Source: Candidatus Saccharimonadota bacterium (lineage in GTDB: Bacteria; Patescibacteriota; Saccharimonadia; Saccharimonadales; Saccharimonadaceae). From it: a DNA stretch of 64,000 bases. Of the stretch, positions 27,277 to 35,943 are shown in pieces. Within the stretch, counting starts at the first letter, position 1. The number at the start of each line of letters is the position of its first letter. Location: assembly GCA_009785325.1 (NCBI GenBank), contig WQWN01000003.1:24450-88449 (forward strand), written 5' to 3'. A program made the position numbers and the translations under genes. Below the pieces are notes generated by a model. That model saw only the letters and a list, made by a program, of their open reading frames with translations, was not told the origin of the DNA and did not search any database.

Positions 27277-28475
27277 TAATTCAGTACTTTCTCCAGCGCT
27301 TCAATCGCCCTATCCACATCTTCCTCCCGCGTATGATACCCCAGCGAAAACCTCACTAGCGGCGGATATTTCTTCACGTGATCCAGATAATAGTGACAAC
27401 AGAAATACCCACTCCGCGCCATAATCCCCTTACTGCTCATCCCTGCCGCCAACAAGTGTCCATCGATCTTTTTATGATAAAACGAAATTACCGCATTCGC
27501 CTCCTTGTTCACCAACACCACCCCCTTCTTCGACTTCAGAAAATCAAACAATTTCTTACTCAGTCGCTTCAACTCCACCACTTGCGTCTTTTCTGTCTTC
27601 TTCAGCCACCTGATCGCCTCACCCAGCGCCACAATCTCCCCAAAAGCCTGCAGCCCCGGCTCAAACACCGTATGGATATGTTCATCATTTGTATATGATA
27701 ATTTATAATCATCTTCCCACGCATCATCCACCATTCCACCCCCCACAAACCCCAGATCAATCTTCTCCAATAAACCCCTCCCCACTACCATCACGCCTAG
27801 ACTTGGCGCATACATTTTATGTGCGGAAAAAACCACTACATCTGCCTCGCACCGCTCAATCACTCCTCGAGAATGCGCCATCGCTTGTGCCGCATCAAGC
27901 ACAACCACCCCTCCACCCTTCCTCACCCTATCCACCACCTCGTGCAAATTCTTCAAAACCCGCCCATCTATATTACTCACTGCGTTCACCACCACGAGCG
28001 CATCTTTAAAGTTTGCTTTCTTTAGATCGATCGATCCATCATCCTTCCGCGCAATCACCTCTCGCTCCACTCCATGCTTCTTCGCAAAAGCAATCGTCGC
28101 CAGCCCCACCGAATTATGTTCAATATCCGTCGTCACCACCTTTTTCACCACTCCCTCTTTCAGCTGGCTCAAAACCAAATTCACTCCATAAGTCGTATTC
28201 AACGTAAAACTCACAAAATACTTCCGCGGACTCATCTTTAGGAGCTTCAAAACCGCCCCTCTCGTATCTTCGATCCTCTCATCCACCTTCCTGCCCCACG
28301 CATATTTCACCCGCTCCCCACACGAATTAAATTCCTTATAATACTCAGTTAAAGCATCAATTACTGGTTGCGGCCTGAGACTTTGACACGCCGAGTCAAA
28401 ATAAACCGCCTCCGCATCTAAATAGCCAAATTCCCCACTATCCACCGCCTCTTTTTTACCTCGCAAAAACTTCAT
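27276..28475 (-). CDS. class V aminotransferase / cysteine desulfurase-like
   Basis: VVVFSAHKMYAPSLG contains the PLP lysine motif. The start is taken at MKFLRGKK after GGAGGAG, because the track start at 28502 overlaps a TATAAT box. Confidence 0.75.
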   Translation of the reverse strand: MKFLRGKKEAVDSGEFGYLDAEAVYFDSACQSLRPQPVIDALTEYYKEFNSCGERVKYAWGRKVDERIEDTRGAVLKLLKMSPRKYFVSFTLNTTYGVNLVLSQLKEGVVKKVVTTDIEHNSVGLATIAFAKKHGVEREVIARKDDGSIDLKKANFKDALVVVNAVSNIDGRVLKNLHEVVDRVRKGGGVVVLDAAQAMAHSRGVIERCEADVVVFSAHKMYAPSLGVMVVGRGLLEKIDLGFVGGGMVDDAWEDDYKLSYTNDEHIHTVFEPGLQAFGEIVALGEAIRWLKKTEKTQVVELKRLSKKLFDFLKSKKGVVLVNKEANAVISFYHKKIDGHLLAAGMSSKGIMARSGYFCCHYYLDHVKKYPPLVRFSLGYHTREEDVDRAIEALEKVLN

Positions 28476-28547
28476 ACTCCTCCAATCTGATCGTCTCTTC
28501 ATTATAACATGACGAACCTACCTATAGCATCAAAATTCCAGTTACTA

Positions 28548-28577
28548 TTGACTGCCAATCACCATATATGCTAATGT
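28548..28577 (+). promoter_or_regulatory. promoter of RCC1 paralog 1 (TTGACT, 18-nt spacer, TGCTAATGT)
   Basis: The same ATTGAC...ATGCTAATGTTT...GAGTGCAA block recurs at 32059-32105. Confidence 0.6.
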
Positions 28578-28638
28578 TTAATGATCGAGTGCAAGATATC
28601 ATTTTTATAATACGTGACAATAAAGGAGGATCATATCA

Positions 28639-30240
28639 ATGCGCACCACTAAATTTTTAACCCGACTACCTTTTATCGCCAGCACAGTAGCAGTAGTAAT
28701 CTTTTCCGCACAGGTAATCATCACTAATAATATCAAACCCGCGAAGACTACCGCCCTATCCATAGCCTCCATCACACCAAACCAAGGCCCAACTACTGGC
28801 GGTGAACTGATTACTGTCACTGGAAGTCTCAATCTCGCTATCACTACCCCACAAATAGCAACCGGATTCATACACTCTCTCGGTATTGACAACAATAACC
28901 AACTCTGGACATGGGGCAGTAACAACAGTAGTCAGCTCGGCAACGGCACCTCTGTCTTCCTCAGTGCCACCCCCACTCCCGTCGATATGTCAGGTGTACT
29001 TACGGGACGAGTCATTACTCAGATCTCAACGCAAGGTAATCACAACCTCGTTCTAGACAGCAAAGGACACGTCTTTGCCTGGGGCGCAAACGCTGCTGGG
29101 CAGCTCGGTGACGGCACAAATACCAGCAGTAATACCCCTGTAGCTGTTGACACCTCCGGAGTTCTCGCAGGGCGCGTCATTACTCAAATCTCAGCTGGAT
29201 CTTCTCATTCTATCGCTCTAGACGACGAGGGACGTATCTTTACTTGGGGGTTAAATAGCTCCGGACAGCTCGGTGACGGCACAACTACCGGCAGTAGCAC
29301 GCCTATCGCAGTAGACATGTCTGGAGTGCTTGATGGCAAAAACATTACACAGATAACAGCCGGAGGCTCCTTCTCTCTCGCGCTAGACGACGAAGGAACG
29401 GTCTTTGCCTGGGGATCTAACGGATCTGGTCAACTTGGCAACGGCACAACTACCAATAGTAGTGTACCTGTGGCTGTTGACGTTTCTGGGGTTCTCGCAG
29501 GACGCGTCATTACTCAGATCACAGCTGGACTTACCCACACCCTCGCCCTCGACTCTAACGGACAAGTCCTGTCTTGGGGAAATAATGAATCTGGCCGCCT
29601 TGGCAACGGCACAACTACCAATAGTAGTGTACCTGTGGCTGTTGACGTTTCTGGGGTTCTCGCAGGACGTGTCATTACCCAGATCACAGCTGGCACCAAC
29701 CAATCCGTCGTACTCGACACTACCGGCCGAGCCTTTTCCTGGGGGAATAACGAACGAGCCCATCTCGGCAATCATTCAACTACAAACAGTAGCGTACCTG
29801 TAGCTGTCGGCACCTCTGGCGTACTAGCAGATCGCACTATCACCCAGATCGCAACTGGAAGTCTCAGGTCTCTCGCACTAGATGACGAAGGCAGGGTTTT
29901 TGCGTGGGGAGCGGGCATGAGTGGCGAACTAGGCAATGGCTCAATAAACATCATTGGCACCAGCCCAGTTTCCTCTTTCGACCTTCTTGTATCCCTTAAC
30001 ACTATTATGTCGGTTACTATCGGTGGCCTTCCTTGTACAGACGTCACTATCGTCGACTCCGACACCATTACTTGCACCACTCCGGCACACCCTGCCGGCA
30101 AAGCAGACGTCACCATCAATACCTCTGACGGCAGCTCAGTCACACTCCACCAAGCTTACACATATATATCTACCCTAGAAGCACCAAATACCGAAACTCC
30201 AGACATACCCAATACCGGATATTTCCGCTACAATAACTAA
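28639..30240 (+). CDS. RCC1-repeat (7-blade beta-propeller) surface protein flanked by IPT/TIG-like domains, with a C-terminal IPNTG motif
   Basis: Repeated WG.N..GQLG.GT and a signal-anchor N-terminus. GGLPCTDVTIVDSDTITCTTPAHPAGKADVTI is IPT-like. The protein ends ...DIPNTGYFRYNN*. Confidence 0.8.
   Translation: MRTTKFLTRLPFIASTVAVVIFSAQVIITNNIKPAKTTALSIASITPNQGPTTGGELITVTGSLNLAITTPQIATGFIHSLGIDNNNQLWTWGSNNSSQLGNGTSVFLSATPTPVDMSGVLTGRVITQISTQGNHNLVLDSKGHVFAWGANAAGQLGDGTNTSSNTPVAVDTSGVLAGRVITQISAGSSHSIALDDEGRIFTWGLNSSGQLGDGTTTGSSTPIAVDMSGVLDGKNITQITAGGSFSLALDDEGTVFAWGSNGSGQLGNGTTTNSSVPVAVDVSGVLAGRVITQITAGLTHTLALDSNGQVLSWGNNESGRLGNGTTTNSSVPVAVDVSGVLAGRVITQITAGTNQSVVLDTTGRAFSWGNNERAHLGNHSTTNSSVPVAVGTSGVLADRTITQIATGSLRSLALDDEGRVFAWGAGMSGELGNGSINIIGTSPVSSFDLLVSLNTIMSVTIGGLPCTDVTIVDSDTITCTTPAHPAGKADVTINTSDGSSVTLHQAYTYISTLEAPNTETPDIPNTGYFRYNN
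29434..29693 (+). repeat. near-identical 95-nt duplication inside RCC1 paralog 1 (copies 29434-29528 and 29599-29693, period 165 nt)
   Basis: 93/95 identical by direct comparison. Both copies encode LGNGTTTNSSVPVAVDVSGVLAGRVITQITAG. Confidence 0.85.
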
Positions 30241-30249
30241 CACTTCACG

Positions 30250-30759
30250 ATGAAATCAACCAAAAAACCAAAACAAACCAAAACAAACCCAGTTAAACAT
30301 CGCCCTGCTATTTTCGCTTCAGTCGGTGTCGGTCTCACTCTCTTTGACTATATCACCTATATTCTCCTCACTACCTTCGTCCTCGCCAATCTCAGTAATT
30401 CGCACTCCATCGCCGTCGCTATCTCTGGTACTCTCGCTACTATCGCCGCCTATATCGCACATCGCCACATCACCTGGCGCGATCGCCACATCACTCGCCT
30501 CACCATCGTCAAATTTCTCATCGTAAACATCTTCGCCGTACTCATTCTCCGTCCATTCTCTGCCATCCTCTTCGCAGAGTTCACCCCCCTTTACCAGTTC
30601 GCCTACAACATTTCTTCCGCCTTATCTCTTCCGTTCACTCACGAGTTTATCATCAGCACTGGTATCTTCGGCTTCGCCACCCTCACTATGTTAGTTTTTC
30701 ACTATTTCGCCTACTCCCACTTCGTCTTCCCCAAGTCTTCCGAGAAGCCAAAAAGATGA
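30250..30759 (+). CDS. GtrA-like membrane protein
   Basis: About four TM helices. The FASVGVGLTLFDYITY...IAHRHITWRD pattern is present. Confidence 0.6.
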   Translation: MKSTKKPKQTKTNPVKHRPAIFASVGVGLTLFDYITYILLTTFVLANLSNSHSIAVAISGTLATIAAYIAHRHITWRDRHITRLTIVKFLIVNIFAVLILRPFSAILFAEFTPLYQFAYNISSALSLPFTHEFIISTGIFGFATLTMLVFHYFAYSHFVFPKSSEKPKR

Positions 30760-30765
30760 TACAAT
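30757..30765 (+). promoter_or_regulatory. extended -10 TGATACAAT 7 nt upstream of the murC ATG (leaderless-type), overlapping the gtrA-like stop codon
   Basis: Seen directly. Confidence 0.5.
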
Positions 30766-30772
30766 CTAATTC

Positions 30773-32047
30773 ATGAACATCTACTTTTCTGGCATCGCCG
30801 GATCTGGCATCGGTCCTCTCGCCCTCATCGCTCGTAGTGCCGGATATCAAGTCTCTGGCTCAGACCTCAATGCCACCATCACCCCTATCGTTGAAGAGTT
30901 AAAAACCGCCAGTGTCAATCTCTCCCTCGGCCCAGGTGCTCAGGATGGTGACTTCTTAAAATACACTCACGAAAACTCTCCTATCGATTGGTTCATCTAC
31001 ACTTCCGCACTTCCTGCCGACCACCCCGAACTCCTCGCTGCCCAACAACTCGGCATCAAAACCTCCAAACGCGACGAATTTCTCCCCGAGCTCCTCAAGC
31101 TTCAAAATTTCCGCCTCGTTGCCGTCGCAGGCACTCACGGCAAAACCACCACTACATCTATGCTTATCTGGGCTTTCCAGCAGCTCAACCTCCCTGCCTC
31201 TCACCTCGTCGGTACTACTCTCACTTTTGCTTCCAGCGGCCATTTCACCGATCAGTCCGACATCTTCCTCTATGAATGCTGTGAGTTCGACCGTCACTTC
31301 CTCCATTACTCTCCCTATCTCTCCCTCATTACCACTATCGAACATGACCATCCCGACACTTACCCTACCGAGATAGACTACCTCTCCGCCTTCACTCAAT
31401 TCATTTCCCAGAGCCAATCCACCATCACTTGGCTAGATCAAACCACCCAGCTCCCCCCACTTCAAAACGTCCAAACTCTCGACCAACCAAACCCCGCTAT
31501 TACTTTGCTTGGTGAACATAACCGCAAAAACGCCACTCTCGCCCTTGCTACTATTCAAAACCTCCACCCTGAAATCCCCGAGTCTCAAATTATCACCGCC
31601 CTCAACTCTTTCCCCGGCTCCGCCCGCCGCTTCGAACGCCTCGTCGACAATCTCTACACCGACTATGCTCACCATCCCAGCGAAGTCCGCGCCACTATCC
31701 AGCTCGCCCTAGAGAAAACTAAAAAAGAAGATAAAAAGCTCGCTATCATCTACCAGCCCCACCAAAACATCCGCCAGCACCAATCCCGCCACCTCTACTC
31801 ATCCGCCTTTAATGGCGTCGATCGTCTGCTCTGGCTTCCCACTTATCTCACCCGCGAAGACCCAAACCTCCCCATTATCACCCCGACCGAATTTATCTCT
31901 AGCCTCGAAAACCCCGAAGTCGCCACTCCCGCCGAGCTCGACAAAACCCTCATCTCCGAAATCAAATCTCTACTTGACCAAAACTATCTCGTCCTATTCT
32001 TCGGAGCAGGCGACGGCGACACCTTCCTCCGCACTCATCTATTATAA
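30773..32047 (+). CDS. murC: UDP-N-acetylmuramate--L-alanine ligase (MurC/Mpl-type Mur ligase)
   Basis: IYFSGIAGSGIGPLALIARSAGYQVSGSD, VAVAGTHGKTTTTSM, GEHNRKNA and DYAHHPSEV are present. Confidence 0.8.
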   Translation: MNIYFSGIAGSGIGPLALIARSAGYQVSGSDLNATITPIVEELKTASVNLSLGPGAQDGDFLKYTHENSPIDWFIYTSALPADHPELLAAQQLGIKTSKRDEFLPELLKLQNFRLVAVAGTHGKTTTTSMLIWAFQQLNLPASHLVGTTLTFASSGHFTDQSDIFLYECCEFDRHFLHYSPYLSLITTIEHDHPDTYPTEIDYLSAFTQFISQSQSTITWLDQTTQLPPLQNVQTLDQPNPAITLLGEHNRKNATLALATIQNLHPEIPESQIITALNSFPGSARRFERLVDNLYTDYAHHPSEVRATIQLALEKTKKEDKKLAIIYQPHQNIRQHQSRHLYSSAFNGVDRLLWLPTYLTREDPNLPIITPTEFISSLENPEVATPAELDKTLISEIKSLLDQNYLVLFFGAGDGDTFLRTHLL

Positions 32048-32059
32048 TTTCAACTCCTA

Positions 32060-32088
32060 TTGACCTCTCCCCTTAATCATGCTAATGT
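32060..32088 (+). promoter_or_regulatory. promoter of RCC1 paralog 2 (TTGACC, 17-nt spacer, TGCTAATGT)
   Basis: Paralogous to the promoter at 28548-28577. Confidence 0.6.
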
Positions 32089-32139
32089 TTCTATATAGAG
32101 TGCAAAATAATTTTTAACCTGCGAGAGAAATAATTTTCA

Positions 32140-33681
32140 ATGCAAACAACCCACAAATTTTTAAGTAGATTGTCATTTTTTGCGACCGTCGCAGTCGTGG
32201 CAGTTTTTTCGGTACAAGCAATAATTCTTAACACACTTAATCCATCAGAAACAGTAACTGCTCTTTCTATTACATCTATCACATCAAACGTTGGGCCGAC
32301 TTCTGGCAACGAACTTGTTACTATTACTGGGTATTTTGGAACTCAGGTATACATTACGCAGATTTCAGCAGGACGCGACCATTCTCTCGCACTTGACTCC
32401 ACTGGTCAAATTTGGGCATGGGGAGTTGGAGGAGCTGGTCAGCTCGGCAACGGGACTAATGAAAACAGTAATGTCCCCGTTGAAGTCGATACGACTGGCG
32501 TACTCGCTAATCGACAAATTATCCAAGTATCAGCTGGCGGCATTCATTCTTTAGCTCTCGACAGCGAAGGAAATGTATTCGCTTGGGGGATGGGTTTAAA
32601 TGGTCAACTTGGCAATGGAGTAAGTGAAAGTAGCAATGTCCCTGTTGAGGTAGATATGACTGGCGTACTCGCAGGAAATCCGATTATACAAATCTCGGCT
32701 GGCCTCAATTACTCATTAGCGCTTAGTGAAAGTAACAGGGTCTTCTCGTGGGGACTTGGTATGACTGGCCAACTCGGTAATGGCGGAAACGACAACCACA
32801 ATACACCTGTCGAAGTTCTGGATAAACCTGATATTATCCAGATCTCAGCTGGCGCAAACCATGCTTTAGCACTAAGTAGTGACGGTGCAGTTTTCGCATG
32901 GGGGCTAGGCATAGGTGGCCAGTTAGGAAATGGTATAAATACCTCTAGTAATGTTCCAGTTCCAGTAGGTGTTCCTGAACTTTTATCCGGAATTATACAA
33001 GTATCAGCTGGCCTCAATTACTCCTTAGCGCTTAGCGAGGATGGCAGTATCTTCGCATGGGGAGTTGGAGGATTTGGCCAACTCGGTAATGGCGTGAACA
33101 CCCCTAGTAATATCCCAGTCCTAGTAGATCTTTCTAGCGTACCAGCAGAGCGTAACATGGTTCAAATATCCGCTGGCTGGGGACACTCTCTCGCACTTGA
33201 CTCCACTGGTCAAATTTGGGCATGGGGACTAGGCATAGGTGGCCAGCTCGGCAACGGCACAAACGAAAGTAGCAACACACCAGTTGCAGTAAACATGAGC
33301 GAATTTATCGCAAAACAAGATATCGTACAGATATCAGCCGGTGGTAGCTTCTCTCTAGCCCTAGACTCCGCAGGTAATGTTTTCGCATGGGGACTAGGCA
33401 TAGGTGGCCAGTTAGGAAACGACACAAACGAGAATACCAATATACCCGTCTTCTCTTTTGGACTCAATACTCCACACATCACCTCCATCACACTCGGCGG
33501 CCTCCCATGTACAGATATCCAAATCATTAATCCAACTACTGTCACTTGTATCACTCCAGTACATCCGGCAGGAGTAGTAGATGTTACTGTAACTACTGTA
33601 AGCGGATCAGTCACCCTATATCAATCATACACTTTCATAGACCTACCAGACGTGCCGAATACGGGACACGAGAGGATCTAA
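32140..33681 (+). CDS. RCC1-repeat surface protein, paralog 2, with a C-terminal VPNTG motif
   Basis: Same architecture as 28639..30240. It ends ...LPDVPNTGHERI*. Confidence 0.8.
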   Translation: MQTTHKFLSRLSFFATVAVVAVFSVQAIILNTLNPSETVTALSITSITSNVGPTSGNELVTITGYFGTQVYITQISAGRDHSLALDSTGQIWAWGVGGAGQLGNGTNENSNVPVEVDTTGVLANRQIIQVSAGGIHSLALDSEGNVFAWGMGLNGQLGNGVSESSNVPVEVDMTGVLAGNPIIQISAGLNYSLALSESNRVFSWGLGMTGQLGNGGNDNHNTPVEVLDKPDIIQISAGANHALALSSDGAVFAWGLGIGGQLGNGINTSSNVPVPVGVPELLSGIIQVSAGLNYSLALSEDGSIFAWGVGGFGQLGNGVNTPSNIPVLVDLSSVPAERNMVQISAGWGHSLALDSTGQIWAWGLGIGGQLGNGTNESSNTPVAVNMSEFIAKQDIVQISAGGSFSLALDSAGNVFAWGLGIGGQLGNDTNENTNIPVFSFGLNTPHITSITLGGLPCTDIQIINPTTVTCITPVHPAGVVDVTVTTVSGSVTLYQSYTFIDLPDVPNTGHERI

Positions 33682-33684
33682 ATA

Positions 33685-34542
33685 GTGACAAACTTCACCA
33701 ACTGGCTCACCGAAAACTTCACATACATCACCAACGGTATCGCCGATTGGTTCTCGGATCACTTCCTCAACATCATCATAACTATCATAATTGGTATCCT
33801 GATCGCCAAAATCGGCGCCAAAATCCTTCATGTCATAGTTCACCTCTTCGTCCGCGCCGCTCATTCTCACGACTGGAGTAAAAAAGACATCCATAAACGC
33901 TCTTGCACCCTCTCCGCTCTTGCTGCCGCTATCTGGAAGTGTCTCGTTATCGTCATCACACTCATCACCGTCAGTGAAAGTATCTTCCCCGCTGTCAGCT
34001 TTTCCGCCCTTGTCGCCAGCCTTGGTGTAGTCGGCGTAGCCATCGGTTTCGGCTCTCAGACTCTCGTCCGAGACTTCCTCAGCGGCATCTTCATCATCAC
34101 CGAAAACCAATACCGCGTCGGTGACATCATCGAGCTGAACGGCAATTCTACAGGAAAAGTCGAACGTCTCGGCGCCCGTTCCACCACTATCCGCGACTTA
34201 GAGGGTAATATACATTTCGTCCCCAACGGCGCCATCAACCGCGTCATCAACAAGACTATGGGCTACAGCAACTGCCACTTCGACATCCGCATTAGCTACG
34301 ACAGCGATATTAAAGAAGCCATGAAAATCATCAACAGAGTCGGTCAAAAACTCGCCAAAGACCCCGAGTGGGAAAAGAAAATAACCGACCCTCCGCGCGT
34401 TGAACGCGTTTCCGACTTCACCGGACCAAATGTCACTATCTCCATTATCGGTGGTACTGTCCCATCAGAACAATGGAATGTCGCCAGCGAGATGCGCATT
34501 CGCCTCATCTCCGAACTCAAAAAACACGAAATCAAAGTTTAA
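33685..34542 (+). CDS. small-conductance mechanosensitive channel (MscS family)
   Basis: NQYRVGDIIELNGNSTGKVERLGARSTTIRDLEGNIHFVPNG. GTG start after an AGAGGA SD. Confidence 0.85.
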   Translation: MTNFTNWLTENFTYITNGIADWFSDHFLNIIITIIIGILIAKIGAKILHVIVHLFVRAAHSHDWSKKDIHKRSCTLSALAAAIWKCLVIVITLITVSESIFPAVSFSALVASLGVVGVAIGFGSQTLVRDFLSGIFIITENQYRVGDIIELNGNSTGKVERLGARSTTIRDLEGNIHFVPNGAINRVINKTMGYSNCHFDIRISYDSDIKEAMKIINRVGQKLAKDPEWEKKITDPPRVERVSDFTGPNVTISIIGGTVPSEQWNVASEMRIRLISELKKHEIKV

Positions 34543-34556
34543 CTACAGACACATCC

Positions 34557-35051
34557 CTACCGATAATTCCCAAACCCCACCGCAAACCCCAACTCTTGCC
34601 CCTTCAGAAACATCATCACCGCCTGTAAATCATCCTTCGACCCGCTCATCACCCTTACTTCCTGCCCTTGGATCTGCGTCTTCACCTTCGGAAACTCATC
34701 TCGGATCAACTTCGTCACTTTCTTCGCCTTCTCCGCATCCAGCCCCTCCACAAACGACACTTCTTTCGACACCTTCATATTATTCGTATGATTTTCCTTC
34801 GACTGGTCGAGAAATAAACTCGGCACACCTCTTTTCGAGATATTCTTGATAAAAATATCCAACACCGATTCCACCTGCCAATCACTATTCCCAAAAACCT
34901 TCACACCTTTTTTATCTTCCATCCACTCTAGGTCAGCAGGCGTCCCCTTGAAATCAAACCTCTGCCCGATCTCTCGCTTCGCCGACTCAAACCCATTATT
35001 CATCTCCGCCTTGTCGTATTCGCTCGTTATATCAAAACTAAAATTTGCCAT
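34557..35051 (-). CDS. YajQ family nucleotide-binding protein (UPF0234)
   Basis: SFDITSEYDKAEMNNGFESAKREIGQRFDFKG. Confidence 0.85.
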   Translation of the reverse strand: MANFSFDITSEYDKAEMNNGFESAKREIGQRFDFKGTPADLEWMEDKKGVKVFGNSDWQVESVLDIFIKNISKRGVPSLFLDQSKENHTNNMKVSKEVSFVEGLDAEKAKKVTKLIRDEFPKVKTQIQGQEVRVMSGSKDDLQAVMMFLKGQELGFAVGFGNYR

Positions 35052-35057
35052 ACCCTA

Positions 35058-35066
35058 ATTCTACCA
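35058..35066 (-). promoter_or_regulatory. extended -10 TGGTAGAAT 6 nt upstream of the yajQ-like ATG (leaderless-type)
   Basis: The rc of attctacca. Confidence 0.55.
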
Positions 35067-35073
35067 CACCCAC

Positions 35074-35853
35074 CTAGAGCGCCAACATCAACACTACTGC
35101 CACTAAATTATTCACAAAATGCACCAAAATCGCCGCCATCAAATTTTTTCCACTCGCCAAATAAACTCCCGCAAACATCGCCCCGATCAAAATATATGAC
35201 AACGTAGCCACCCCACTCCAGTGCAACAATCCAAATACTAGTCCCGACAAAATCACAAATACCACTGGATTCTTCACTACGTCATGAAGCGCCCGCCGGA
35301 AAACCACCTCCTCCCACACAGGTGCCGCCACCACGATACTAAACATCCCAATCACCATCGCCGACTCCAGTGCCGCTCCCGCCACCTCTTGATTCGCCAC
35401 GTCAACATCCAACGCATAAAACAACGCTGACAATGCGAAATTCACCGCCAAGATCCCAACCGACCCCAGCGCAACCACCACCCACGTCTTCTTCGTCATT
35501 TTCTTCGCATCACCCTTGATCACACTCCAGTACATCAGCCCAAAAACCACCAAAAGCACCACATGCGGCAAAAACAACACCCATCCCGGCACAGCCTCCA
35601 TTAACGCCGCTTCGTCCATCCCCATGATATCCGTCCCGCTCGCCACCAACCACACTACCATCGCCACAACCCCCACACCAAAATAAACCCCCAGCGCCGT
35701 CACTAGCGCAACTACACCCTTCGTCCGATCTGACATCTTCGGCTTCTGTGTCATTGGTGGCGCCATCGGCACACCATGCATCGGATATCCTTGCGCATTC
35801 ACACCTCCCGCAACTTGTTCGTCTATCTGATTTGAGTGTGATTGATTTTCCAT
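35074..35853 (-). CDS. CPBP family intramembrane glutamic endopeptidase (CAAX protease-like)
   Basis: APVWEEVVFRRAL, GLVFGLLHW and HFVNNLV are present. Confidence 0.8.
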   Translation of the reverse strand: MENQSHSNQIDEQVAGGVNAQGYPMHGVPMAPPMTQKPKMSDRTKGVVALVTALGVYFGVGVVAMVVWLVASGTDIMGMDEAALMEAVPGWVLFLPHVVLLVVFGLMYWSVIKGDAKKMTKKTWVVVALGSVGILAVNFALSALFYALDVDVANQEVAGAALESAMVIGMFSIVVAAPVWEEVVFRRALHDVVKNPVVFVILSGLVFGLLHWSGVATLSYILIGAMFAGVYLASGKNLMAAILVHFVNNLVAVVLMLAL

Positions 35854-35859
35854 ACCTAC

Positions 35860-35868
35860 ATTCTACCA
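35860..35868 (-). promoter_or_regulatory. extended -10 TGGTAGAAT 6 nt upstream of the CPBP ATG (leaderless-type)
   Basis: The rc of attctacca. Confidence 0.55.
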
Positions 35869-35943
35869 CTCCACCAACCAAAAGCAATTTCACCCCCGTC
35901 AAACTTCCCAATTCTCCCATAATCCCCTACAATTAATCTCACT

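Noticed and set aside
29434-29693. Diversity-generating retroelement (template/variable repeat pair) in the RCC1 gene.
   Set aside because: There is no reverse transcriptase nearby. The two mismatches are C/T transitions, not adenine-specific. Both copies are coding blades.
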